Source: a virus (taxonomy: Duplodnaviria; Caudoviricetes). From it: 55,086 nt of DNA. Under the pieces are notes generated by a model. The model was not told the DNA's origin. It did not search any database and saw only the letters and a program-made list of their open reading frames with translations. The position numbers and the translations under genes were made by a program. The stretch spans positions 1 to 55,086 of the IMG/VR virus record IMGVR_UViG_3300031785_000003. The stretch is one strand, 5' to 3'. This document shows, in pieces, positions 24,701-32,616 of this stretch (position 1 is the stretch's first letter; each line of letters begins with the position of its first letter).

Positions 24701-27310
24701 TCGTTCAGGAACTTCACTAGTTACTTGTTCCATATCTGCTATAAGATTATTTTGTTCTGTTAAATCATTGTTATCTAAAGCATTTTGAAAATCAATAATG
24801 TAATCGTTTATTGTATTCTGATCAAAACCTTGTTGTTGCATTTTTGCTAAAAGCGGTGCAATAGCAATAGCTCTATTAGGAACAGGAATAGGAAGTCTTT
24901 CTTGTCCTGCATCTTCTAACTCAGCTTGTGTAGGTTCTGCGACAGCTTCACCTTTTCGTAGTGTTTGTTGTGCAGTTGTTACTGGAGCTGGGCGAGGTAT
25001 TCCTGGTATTCTTAATTGTCTAGGTTGTCTAGCAGGTCTTTCTGGTATAGGAATTGTGTCTCGTCTAAGGCGAAATAATTCTCGTTGTATAGCAGTTAGT
25101 TCATCTTCTGAAATTAAACCTTCCATTGCTCGGTCTACTGTATTTATGTCTTCTTGGTCTATTATATCTGGAAAACCTCTTAAATATCTTTCCTCTGTTT
25201 GTCTAGCTTGCTCTAATCTTTGTTGTTCCATTCGTTGGATTTGTTGCTGTTGTGCTTGTTGTTGAGCTTCATTAAACTCTCTTTGTCTTTGTGCTAGCTC
25301 AGCTTCTTGTTGATTAATCTGTCGTAGTATAGCAAGTTGATTTTGCTGTTGTTCAATTTGATTTTGCTGTTGTTGAATTGTATTACTAGCTAGTAGAAGT
25401 TGTTGTCCTGCAGGTGTCTGTTGCGTTTCCTGTGCACTCTGAGTAGGTGTATCAAATGGAATTGTTTGCTGTTCTAACGGAAGTACTTGTTGTCCTGCTT
25501 GCTCTAGCTCAGTTGGTGTAGGCTCTGGTGTAACCACAGGTGCTGGTTGCTGTGGTATTTCTGATAATTGATTTAAATCACGAGCAGTAACTGGTTGTTG
25601 GGGTGGAAATATAATCCCCTGTTGTCCTTCAGTTTGAGCCGGCAGCACAGGTTGATTAGCCTGAACTACTGTATCCAATGGGTCTCCTTCACGAGTCTGT
25701 TGACCTGCTACAAAATTAGGAGGCCCAGATACCTGAGATATAGGAGGAACAGGAGGAGGAATAATTGGAGCACCACCTGGTGGTAATTGATCTGGTGAAG
25801 GAGGAGGCTCAGGGCCTAAGACATCACCTTCGATACCAGGACTTGGTAATAATTTTTGGTCAGCTTTTGGTTCAGTTTTATTTAATATATCAGTAGCTTC
25901 TCCTCGTTTAAGAAGATTAGCACCACCACCTAGTGGGCCACCAATAGCAAAACCTGCTGCAAAAGCATTGATTAATCGTTTACCTACTTCAGCATCACCT
26001 AATTGTCCTGTACCTGCAAGAAGAATACCTTCTTGTCCAACTTCAGTAAGACCTTCAAGTGTACCACCAACTGCTAAACCTTTACCTGCTCTTACAACTC
26101 TATTACCTTTTGTAAGAAGTTCAGGGCCAACACCAAAGATACGACCTGCTAGAAAAAATTCTGGAAGAGTTTCAAGTGCTGCATATGGTATAGCACCAAG
26201 AGCTGCTGTGGCTCTATTACCTACACCTGTGTCTCGCACTTCACCATAGATGTCACCTATACCCATAAGATAACTACCAGCTGTAGAAGTTATAGCAGCA
26301 CCTCCTGCCATAGCTTGACGTCTACCTTGCTTAAGTGCCCCTCTAGCACCACCTAATAATTCATCAGCTTCAAGTTTACGAAGCTGACTAGCGGTAGCTA
26401 ATGACCCAGGTTTAGGTCTAAGAGAAGCTGCACCATACAGACCTGCACCTTCACGAAGTAATTTTCTTTCACCTTTTGTAAGTTTTTGTCCGTTACTATA
26501 TTTTGTGGCGGCTTTTAATAATTCTTTTTTTACTTTACTTCTACCAAATACACTAAGTATAGCACCACCTGTAGCAGTAAAAGGGTTAGCACCACCACCT
26601 GCAACTGCACCTGCTCCAGCACCAGCAAGAGCTACCAGTATTGACTCTATTAAGTTTGGCCCTTGTTGTGCTAAGTTAGCAACAAACCAATCTATTGCAC
26701 CATGTCCACCTTCGTTTTCAAAATAATCAATGCTAGTAAATTCTCTTTGAAATGGTTGGTTATAATATAATTCTTGTGCCGCACTGTCTACCCAGTTCTG
26801 CCCTAGTTCTTCTGCACCAAGAAACTGTGCAGCTCTACCAGCAAGTAACTTTAGATTACTACCACCTATCTCAAAATTTCTTGCCATAAGAGTACCCTTA
26901 CCAGGGTCTTCTATATTTCTCATATAGTTCTTATAAGAATCAGGAGATACGCTTTGCCAGTCTGGGGCATCAGGTACAGTAGTAGCTCTAGGTTTATCTA
27001 AGAATCCTTGACCTTCTGCATCTAGTGCTGACTGTGCATCATCAGCATCATACAGTGCACCATTGACAAACATTTTATTTTGAGAAGGACTAAACAATAC
27101 AAGAGGCCCTGTCTTAGGAGGCTGGTTAGTAGATAACAAAGCAGATTCTAGTGAGTCAGCTTCTTGTTGTAGTTGTATAAATGGGTCAGCAGCATTTGCT
27201 CCAAGTTGTGATTTACCACTGATTGGGTCAAAAGGATTACCTGTTCCAGGAGCACTGGTAGCATCGTAGAAGTTACTTGAGAAAGGTTGTAATCCTGCTT
27301 TTTTTACCAC
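18764..27310 (-). CDS. Giant internal virion / DNA-ejection polyvalent protein (2848 aa)
   Basis: G/A-rich N-terminal helices, P/Q-rich linker, HEALGH zincin-like motif (22852-22835), helical C-terminal region; last gene of the late arm; GTG start overlaps upstream TAG. Confidence 0.85.
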   Translation of the reverse strand: MVKKAGLQPFSSNFYDATSAPGTGNPFDPISGKSQLGANAADPFIQLQQEADSLESALLSTNQPPKTGPLVLFSPSQNKMFVNGALYDADDAQSALDAEGQGFLDKPRATTVPDAPDWQSVSPDSYKNYMRNIEDPGKGTLMARNFEIGGSNLKLLAGRAAQFLGAEELGQNWVDSAAQELYYNQPFQREFTSIDYFENEGGHGAIDWFVANLAQQGPNLIESILVALAGAGAGAVAGGGANPFTATGGAILSVFGRSKVKKELLKAATKYSNGQKLTKGERKLLREGAGLYGAASLRPKPGSLATASQLRKLEADELLGGARGALKQGRRQAMAGGAAITSTAGSYLMGIGDIYGEVRDTGVGNRATAALGAIPYAALETLPEFFLAGRIFGVGPELLTKGNRVVRAGKGLAVGGTLEGLTEVGQEGILLAGTGQLGDAEVGKRLINAFAAGFAIGGPLGGGANLLKRGEATDILNKTEPKADQKLLPSPGIEGDVLGPEPPPSPDQLPPGGAPIIPPPVPPISQVSGPPNFVAGQQTREGDPLDTVVQANQPVLPAQTEGQQGIIFPPQQPVTARDLNQLSEIPQQPAPVVTPEPTPTELEQAGQQVLPLEQQTIPFDTPTQSAQETQQTPAGQQLLLASNTIQQQQNQIEQQQNQLAILRQINQQEAELAQRQREFNEAQQQAQQQQIQRMEQQRLEQARQTEERYLRGFPDIIDQEDINTVDRAMEGLISEDELTAIQRELFRLRRDTIPIPERPARQPRQLRIPGIPRPAPVTTAQQTLRKGEAVAEPTQAELEDAGQERLPIPVPNRAIAIAPLLAKMQQQGFDQNTINDYIIDFQNALDNNDLTEQNNLIADMEQVTSEVPERLRRRVAAPTTQEEIERSQDAVQIRSPEEVDVRQQTGAGQAIRRGDAQQLTTAQKNRLQEQIRKATTREIAFATKDEKRAAREADQDARQKRAQESIAFVSNVFVPVKGRTPREMWNALTVGGALSYDRLPEDVTHPRTKQVFKLKTLWSNLVAEDTVNGDLAALTNIQGKEVLEQFEARDNRGVDGISQQEEIDSIIADFDVVDLTPEAFKDYGPAQMLGHNLMGIAFFNPQGGVNKDIRQQAINYLNLTDFTSLQQQALDKAYIAMINASSQDATLKGTIGGKTQPWLEYAVKRNLVSEIEVALADMPTWFTNKQIEAISENISGQEAVLGEATANRLRDIMRKKQLLGQSMPMDEFRKLYELALGASGRKNVADKQKQFRENQSENLAILINSHLEKQDIKGGAYRAYNYGMEIRTDLPGKVDPATEQMQQMFADSNKEYTMANGRKLKDYFTTGGKLKVKRMYDGRLVPDASPETTETQVTGASRLRRGTNQDATENTTESLTAQVEAADQKTDDSGKFRRADGKPVKPLGRGEIELIVKKVLNKLKVKPTVTIVANVQELAQSNPELYRRAAAGRPLKDFDTVEAAGYSIGDQVIIFSDYIKSKEQARLVVAHEALGHFGFRAFMPRSRMDAILREVYRTDKHVKAAADTIMRSRPGIDMMEAVEEVLADKAAAFDNSLIYRIRSLVQAVLDTIGMGDLINIGDADITRYFLRQSRRNLMRGGKGVVGVKQIAENIRALESEAEQGRFSMENVSSGHATNWTHAYALNKKAGAFGSFDKLQEYLKNLPKGRGRATSRLFARVAETVQTLDNKAQRSEGLQKIFNIFQRSAGKTRRVMSEYERMTSYTHTPNWFGLAGGPTARELQIGGEMLAFGAVFKANEHTPASIQQEEALLNRQGDAPVIDTERRSALEAMGKVSKEQFKQGILYQLPNKDRQTKSFTVDEKGEAITDKEFDNAYRIYEENRNAVNQAAIDVLEANILSATGQKDAALNNIENIAGQNGLPTDENIQTFNRIIEEYTRIVRENTDLEGNINNESFEKGKRFIAAINRALWVPKKLDDWAGRSIDKETGQPTFDDTAEFQTDEFSDIIASLPDLANINYGKEKAFQITGTIQNLFVHNQQIVNAEFQAKRTMMTGYVPFTRRGKYQVRMQAYNVKNGAAVKLQEDFAGSLPYFQTAREQDAMDIMNDLNKNFVQDKDGKPIKYQMKDSDGNDVVVAIRPQVSEARQSQPLANTLNLTEFMSIVSRLDIGLTIEERQRVVTSLAGVSERARKSLQRTGNPGWDQDVVRSVAEHLETMGHVAGKVTFTWQLNDILDNDNFFKGDPDKLKRLEAATRKGSEEQREAAKREYEQYAYAYSHSADINAQEQAKTREGLEKTERGETLTNKDFIPNEGRGESYRLEANKLIKFYSDSASIVDSTEDQLSGDVGSRLKLAAVLLQLGGSFATAGINLMSMVTHTIPYLGTYNKNRGYGGGFGLSNSTGAMVRAVSDIKRGGLANYDTIYKIANDPDELAKYNIEQDEANAMLEATGAGVLQAAQFNALVGTSRGGRASNNYNGAIKAWMSMFSYTEQLNRRATFLASYRLERERILATDYPNQGGFAQLPEAEQEVVQQRAMAFATKAVNTSQGEYAMYNRPEMARGNLAQYIFMYKQFVIVSVQLMKGLSPKGRIAMLGTLFVLAGLSGLPFADDLSDLIETLAQKFGIKMGTVEQEAGKLIDALIPGASPIFMRGILDPVLGATFSTRLGFNDLIPLTGVFQAKNNSGEYWQEAKNFLGPVYSGIAGLFATGTQLARYGAETIGLKDDTTEFRSILRDAPSSAIRGIFDGLSYMEDGRITKADGTVLTKDVGGWTVFWRMLGFYPYSVSIQNDIIRASRQNQAYLKSMKAHYIQAYVKAKLDNDRGEMRRILKFVDEHNKDVGRDSEFYFRNFTQSANKSFKAARRTATARFRKTAPKQSRDAIDEMAEIWGIELDN
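24403..24645 (-). CDS. Overprinted small basic protein (80 aa), +1 frame inside the giant gene
   Basis: AAAGGAG 5 nt before ATG; MPFKSEAQKKWMYANKPELAKRFEEET; local GC increase. Confidence 0.75.
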   Translation of the reverse strand: MPFKSEAQKKWMYANKPELAKRFEEETPSNLQLPKRIGSRSKSEKRQLARLRLQRKMKKEQLGKLTKTLGKNALRNQSLS

Positions 27311-29631
27311 TACTTTGTCCTTTTAAATGATTCAGCTGGAGCATCTGAGTTTAAATTAAGAGGGGGCTGTACTGGAATTTCTTTTAGTATTTCTCTTGTT
27401 TTTCCATCAGCTTGTTTTTCTTCTACATAGTCTATTATAAAATATTGTCTTCCTCTTTGTATATAAGGTATTCCGTCTACTTTCTCTAATTTTACTGTGT
27501 TATTTGTTTTAAATTGTTCTTTATAATTTTCAAATATAGCATCTAATCTTTTTAGATAAGCATCGCCTCTTTGTTCTGCAGCTTTTAATTGTATTGCAAG
27601 TTGGTTTTTAAATGTTTCTAAATTCATCTCAGCTGCTAGCGTAGCTTGTGATGCTCTATAGCCTTGGTCAAATGCTAGTCGTAGAGTATCGCTAAGTTGA
27701 CTATAGTCCATAGTTTTATATGGTTTACCTCCAACAGTAACATCATACTTACCATCAGAGCGTGGGTTTATACGAATGTCTAAACCAGAAAATTCTGACC
27801 AGACCATAGCAGCTCTGTTTACACTACCTTTTTGTAAGTCAGATAGTGCTTGCATACCTTGTAACAGCATAATTTTATTTTCAGCTTTCTTAGCTTCTAA
27901 TGCACCTGAGTCACGCATTGTATTAGCTTTTGCCATAAGGTCTGTAGATTGCTTCATTAAATTATTAAATTCAGTTTCATCTCTAGTTATTCGTGCTAGT
28001 CTTCTAAAATAATCTGCACGCTGTGTTAAAACTTGTATGTTTTTATTAGTATTGTTAATTATTAATTCTCTTTCTTCAAGAAAGTTTCTTAACTCAAAAC
28101 CAATTCTACTAGGGTCTTCCATATAAAAAGCAGGAGGTTCTGGTTCTTTTGTGCTTGTAGGAACTTTTTCTTCTGGTGGTTGTTCACCAGTATCAACACC
28201 ACCTGTTTGGTCTATAACTTGAAAAGAACCTTGACCTGTGGTCGTGTTACCTCTGTTATTTGCTACAATAGTTTGATTAGCTGCTGGAGGCGGAGGCCCT
28301 TGTAAACCAGCACCTGTTGTTGTAGTTTGATTAACAGCTGTAGCTGCTGGAGGTTGATTAAGTTTGCCAGCTATATGATTGTAAAGACTTATATATGCTT
28401 GATTGTAGTCACTGTTAGAAATGTTTCCGTCATCTATAGGTAGTGGTTTACCTGCTTGTTGTACTTTATTTGCATTAGCTTGATAGCCTGCACCCCATAA
28501 ATTTTTAGGTAATCCTATAGCTTTATTATAAATAAGCTGAGCAAGACCAGCTACAAGCTCTCCTTCATTACCAGCAGGGCCAGACCTAGCTTTAGCTCTT
28601 TGCATGTTAGAAATCATACCAATAACTTTATCTACCATAGCAGGATTGTTAGGATAGATAGCTTCTATCTGAGCTCTATTTGCTGGATCAGCAAACCATC
28701 TTTTTAAATTGTTAAACTGAGCATTGGTAACTTGCATACTACCAAAAGCACCACGACCACTACCTTTGTTTACACGCCCAAAATCAGACTCGATACCAAA
28801 GATAGCTAATGCTGCAACTGGGTCTATACCCATTTCATTTGCTAGTTCTACAAGTTTTTTAGAATTACTACTATTAAGAATGTCATTATTATCTATAGCA
28901 GTTATACGACCATCTATAAGTTTTTTAGTTCTTTTAGAAGTTTCAGTTATTACTTCTTGTGTGGCTTGAGGTTTTCTATCAGTTTTATATCTTTCCATAA
29001 AACCAAATGGGTCATTTTTTATTTCATCTAAATACTTTGGGTTTTGGTATATAAAATCTTTAAACTCTTTACTGTTGTAAAAAGTATGAGCTTCTCCTTG
29101 CTGTTGAGTAACATTTCTACTTCCTTTACCAGCTTTACGTTTAATACCATACTGTTGAAGAATAGCATTAGTATTATCATCAATAGTTTTTCTTCTGTTT
29201 ATTTCAGCTGTACGTTCAGGACTTGCATTGTTTCTACCTGATCCTTTTGGTAAATCAATTTTATTTGGGTCAACAGCTGGAAATGTTACATTAGGTGTAT
29301 CAACTTTAATATTAGGAGATGGTGGTAAAGTACCATCGTCAACTTTCTGGTCAATCTGTGTATTATCAACAGGTGCTATTTCTTTCTTTTCTTCAGGTGG
29401 AGGTACATCAATATACTGACCACCAAAGTTATCAAGTCTTAAACCTGTAGAACCTTGATCTAAAGCAGTTACTTCAGGTAACTTAGGTGGCCCGCCAGTT
29501 AACTCTCTAAATTTAAGTCTATCAAGTCTATCTTGTTCTGCACGCTGTAATGCCTGTAAATTAAGTTCATCTTGTGCACCTTGTCTAAACGCAGTAGGGT
29601 TTAAATTACCAGCTATATTTCTTAATACCAT
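27310..29631 (-). CDS. Internal virion protein with lytic transglycosylase (SLT-like) domain
   Basis: A.EMGIDP..ALAI..IESDFG...GAFGSMQV matches SLT motifs I and II. Confidence 0.8.
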   Translation of the reverse strand: MVLRNIAGNLNPTAFRQGAQDELNLQALQRAEQDRLDRLKFRELTGGPPKLPEVTALDQGSTGLRLDNFGGQYIDVPPPEEKKEIAPVDNTQIDQKVDDGTLPPSPNIKVDTPNVTFPAVDPNKIDLPKGSGRNNASPERTAEINRRKTIDDNTNAILQQYGIKRKAGKGSRNVTQQQGEAHTFYNSKEFKDFIYQNPKYLDEIKNDPFGFMERYKTDRKPQATQEVITETSKRTKKLIDGRITAIDNNDILNSSNSKKLVELANEMGIDPVAALAIFGIESDFGRVNKGSGRGAFGSMQVTNAQFNNLKRWFADPANRAQIEAIYPNNPAMVDKVIGMISNMQRAKARSGPAGNEGELVAGLAQLIYNKAIGLPKNLWGAGYQANANKVQQAGKPLPIDDGNISNSDYNQAYISLYNHIAGKLNQPPAATAVNQTTTTGAGLQGPPPPAANQTIVANNRGNTTTGQGSFQVIDQTGGVDTGEQPPEEKVPTSTKEPEPPAFYMEDPSRIGFELRNFLEERELIINNTNKNIQVLTQRADYFRRLARITRDETEFNNLMKQSTDLMAKANTMRDSGALEAKKAENKIMLLQGMQALSDLQKGSVNRAAMVWSEFSGLDIRINPRSDGKYDVTVGGKPYKTMDYSQLSDTLRLAFDQGYRASQATLAAEMNLETFKNQLAIQLKAAEQRGDAYLKRLDAIFENYKEQFKTNNTVKLEKVDGIPYIQRGRQYFIIDYVEEKQADGKTREILKEIPVQPPLNLNSDAPAESFKRTK

Positions 29632-29640
29632 GTTACCCTC

Positions 29641-30936
29641 CTATATTGTTATTGTGTTGCCAATCTGTGGTGCTAAACCAGGACTAAACTTTTTTTCTTC
29701 TTCTTTCTTTTTTTGAGCATTAAATTCTGCAGCTGATTGTTCAATAGCTTCAGTTTCTTTATTAGTTCTACCAGCACTAGTATTAAAACCACCAAAGAAA
29801 TTCATAATGTTGCTTTTTTTAGTTTGAGCGGCTTGAGCATCTCTTGCACCTTTTGCGCTTGCTAACTCTAACAATCCTCCTGCTTGCGTAACACCGCCTG
29901 TAGACGCAGTTGGAATAAGATTAGTAGCTGTAGTTAAAGCCTGATTCTGTAATCCTACACCCTGTCCAAAACCTTGGTCAAACGCAGTTTGTACATTTAG
30001 ACCACCTGCTAAAGCTGCTCGTCTACGCTCACCTTGAGATAAACCACCACTTCGTAATGCTGCCGAACGTTCAAAATCTCGTAACTTACGACCTTCTACA
30101 ATAGCAGCTCTGTTGGCTGCTTGTAAGCCAAAGTAATTTGGATCATAATATCCAGCTTGAACCATATGTGCTTTAGCTGCATCCATCTTAGCATTAAACG
30201 CTGCTTCATCTTTTTGTCTAAGAGCTTGTAGTTCTGCTTTGTATTCTTCTATAGCCGCTTGTTCTTCAGCATTATCAGGTGTAGGAACTAGAGCTTCAGC
30301 AGCTGCAGCTCCACCAACTTGTAATACAGCGTTAGCTATTGCATCAGGACTAGTAATTTTACTTACGACTTTTTGTCCAACATCAGATAAACCTGCTTTC
30401 ATAGATTCAACAAAACCACCACTTGAAAGTCCACCAGTACCTCCACCAATATTTACAGCTGGTTGTATACCACCTGATGTATAAGCTGCATTTCGTAGCA
30501 GTGGGTCTCCTGCTTGTGCAATATTACCTGATGAACTAGCCACGTCTACTCCTGTAACTGGTTGTTGAGCTTGACCAAATCCAGACCTTGCTCCGTATCC
30601 GCCAATACCTCCTGCTATAGCTCCACCAATAGCACCAGCTCTTACACTGCCACCTGTAACTTTAGCTGTAATTGCACCAAGCCCAGCACCAACAATAGCT
30701 GAACTAATAACAGCTCCAGCTGTAGTAGCCATGGCTCCAGATATTGCTGCACCTAAAACACCTGATGCTGCAATAGAACTTGCAATTGCAGGTGCTGCGA
30801 TAGGAATAGCTACCATAGCTGCAACGGCAAGAACTTTTTTAGTTCCACCCCCATGATGTGTCATAGGAACGGGAGTAATAGTAGTCTCGTTAGTAGGGCC
30901 TACCGAAACTACTAAAGGATTTATGATAGTTTGCAT
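29641..30936 (-). CDS. Internal virion / ejection (pilot) protein
   Basis: Long G/A-rich hydrophobic N-terminal half then Q/A-rich helices; position among ejection genes. Confidence 0.75.
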   Translation of the reverse strand: MQTIINPLVVSVGPTNETTITPVPMTHHGGGTKKVLAVAAMVAIPIAAPAIASSIAASGVLGAAISGAMATTAGAVISSAIVGAGLGAITAKVTGGSVRAGAIGGAIAGGIGGYGARSGFGQAQQPVTGVDVASSSGNIAQAGDPLLRNAAYTSGGIQPAVNIGGGTGGLSSGGFVESMKAGLSDVGQKVVSKITSPDAIANAVLQVGGAAAAEALVPTPDNAEEQAAIEEYKAELQALRQKDEAAFNAKMDAAKAHMVQAGYYDPNYFGLQAANRAAIVEGRKLRDFERSAALRSGGLSQGERRRAALAGGLNVQTAFDQGFGQGVGLQNQALTTATNLIPTASTGGVTQAGGLLELASAKGARDAQAAQTKKSNIMNFFGGFNTSAGRTNKETEAIEQSAAEFNAQKKKEEEKKFSPGLAPQIGNTITI

Positions 30937-31413
30937 TTAGACCTCCTTTGTTAAATCCTGTCTTAGTAGTGAATACTTTCGTTCAAAGCCCTGTGCTTGC
31001 AAAATCTTTTCCATAGCTGGTGCGACTAAGCATTCTATTTTATTAACTCCGCAAATCTGTGCCCAACCACAAACTTGCTTCCAAAACTTTTTCATATTAT
31101 GTCGTAAATTTTTTCCGCCTAAAGCTAATACATTCATAGCTGTAAACCGAGGATAGTAAACTAATTCTAAAGCTATAGCTAATTGTACATCAGGAACTTC
31201 ATCGTCATCATTTTTAGCAACGATAACAAAAAGCTGACCCTTTAGTCCTCGCTCATATATATCTTCTACATTCATTTCACCGTGCATAGCTTTGTCAATA
31301 CACTCTTGAAACAACGGAATACACCCACCCCAATATTTATCAAACAACTCTTTTGTAGATAACAACTGAGCATTGTATTGTTTATATTCTTGTTGTACCG
31401 CTTGTAATGTCAT
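30937..31413 (-). CDS. GNAT-fold virion assembly protein (T7 gp13-like position)
   Basis: 158 aa, LALGG.NL, C..IEC, KIL...GFE. Confidence 0.6.
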   Translation of the reverse strand: MTLQAVQQEYKQYNAQLLSTKELFDKYWGGCIPLFQECIDKAMHGEMNVEDIYERGLKGQLFVIVAKNDDDEVPDVQLAIALELVYYPRFTAMNVLALGGKNLRHNMKKFWKQVCGWAQICGVNKIECLVAPAMEKILQAQGFERKYSLLRQDLTKEV

Positions 31414-32255
31414 TAACTTTTTAGTCCTTCTTCATTTAATTTATCAAAAAAATCTGTACCTTTTTTCGCAACAGTTTTGGCGTTGACAACATATTCTCCA
31501 CCTTCAACTTCAAAATCAACCTGGTCACTACCTCGTACTCTTCCACGGACACCCCCTTTAGAATGAGATGGGCCAACTACCAATCCACCGACTGCCATTT
31601 GAGCTGGTGGTTGAGCTGGTGTTTGTGGCACAGGAGCCATAGGAGCATCTGCACTTTCAATCTGTACATCAGCTTCCATAGCTTTTGCCGCCATAATAAT
31701 GGCAGTAATTAATCCTTCATCATATTGCTCTGGAATTTCTTCAGCTGGAAGTATTCCTCTTTGAATAGCCATCTGTCTAATCTGAGAATACATAGCTGGA
31801 TTTTGCTGTACTGTTTTAGCAAGCTGTATAATCATGTTAAGTTCATTAGCATCAAGTTCGCCTGATTGAATACCTGCTTCAATAGCTGCTCGTATTCTAG
31901 CAACAGCTTCTGGATTAGCTGATAGTGTTTGATTAATCTGACCTTCCATCATAGATGAATTCATAGGCCCTTGTGGCATTTGAGCAGAAGGAATCATACC
32001 TCCCTCTTGCATCATCATAGTTTGATCTTGCCCGCCCATAGGTTGATTTCTAAAAGCCAAAGATGGAGCATTAGGATTACCATCTTGTGTTGTACCTGTA
32101 GGTATCTCACCTAATGCTCCTGTAGTAACAGGAACCGTAGGCATTGTTATTAATGTTTCTATTGATTGTGGCAAATCCAATGACACAGATGTGGGTACAG
32201 CTGCTGGAATACCTTCTTCCATTGCCATAGGATTATTTGTTGGTTTCATTACCAT
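31413..32255 (-). CDS. Hypothetical virion-associated protein (M/P/Q-rich)
   Basis: MQEGGMI, MAVGGLV, GPSHSKGGV, EVEGGEYVV motifs. Confidence 0.75.
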   Translation of the reverse strand: MVMKPTNNPMAMEEGIPAAVPTSVSLDLPQSIETLITMPTVPVTTGALGEIPTGTTQDGNPNAPSLAFRNQPMGGQDQTMMMQEGGMIPSAQMPQGPMNSSMMEGQINQTLSANPEAVARIRAAIEAGIQSGELDANELNMIIQLAKTVQQNPAMYSQIRQMAIQRGILPAEEIPEQYDEGLITAIIMAAKAMEADVQIESADAPMAPVPQTPAQPPAQMAVGGLVVGPSHSKGGVRGRVRGSDQVDFEVEGGEYVVNAKTVAKKGTDFFDKLNEEGLKS

Positions 32256-32256
32256 A

Positions 32257-32616
32257 TTATAGCCCTTTCATTTGTTGAATTAGTAAATTAAGTGTAGCTC
32301 TTGTCTCAGCTACATCAGTAGCTAAAGTTTGCACATCAAGTACAAGTTTTTGAAAATCATCTAAAGATGCAACATTTTGACCGCTTATAGCAAAACCTGA
32401 ACCTTTTGCAGTTACCTGTACTAGTTTTTGTGCACCTAATGGGTTTGCTGTAATTTGACCCTGTGTGATAGCTTTACTTGCAGCATCAATCTCACCACGC
32501 AGTCCAGTTAGTAATTCTACATTTTCTTTAACTGTTTGTATAAGTCTAGTTTGATAGTCTGTAGCACCTCCTTGTGGTACTGCTGGTACACTTGTAAATC
32601 TATTGCTAATGCTCAT
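32257..32616 (-). CDS. Hypothetical tail protein
   Basis: 119 aa, coiled-coil C-terminus, ATGA-coupled to the nozzle gene. Confidence 0.7.
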   Translation of the reverse strand: MSISNRFTSVPAVPQGGATDYQTRLIQTVKENVELLTGLRGEIDAASKAITQGQITANPLGAQKLVQVTAKGSGFAISGQNVASLDDFQKLVLDVQTLATDVAETRATLNLLIQQMKGL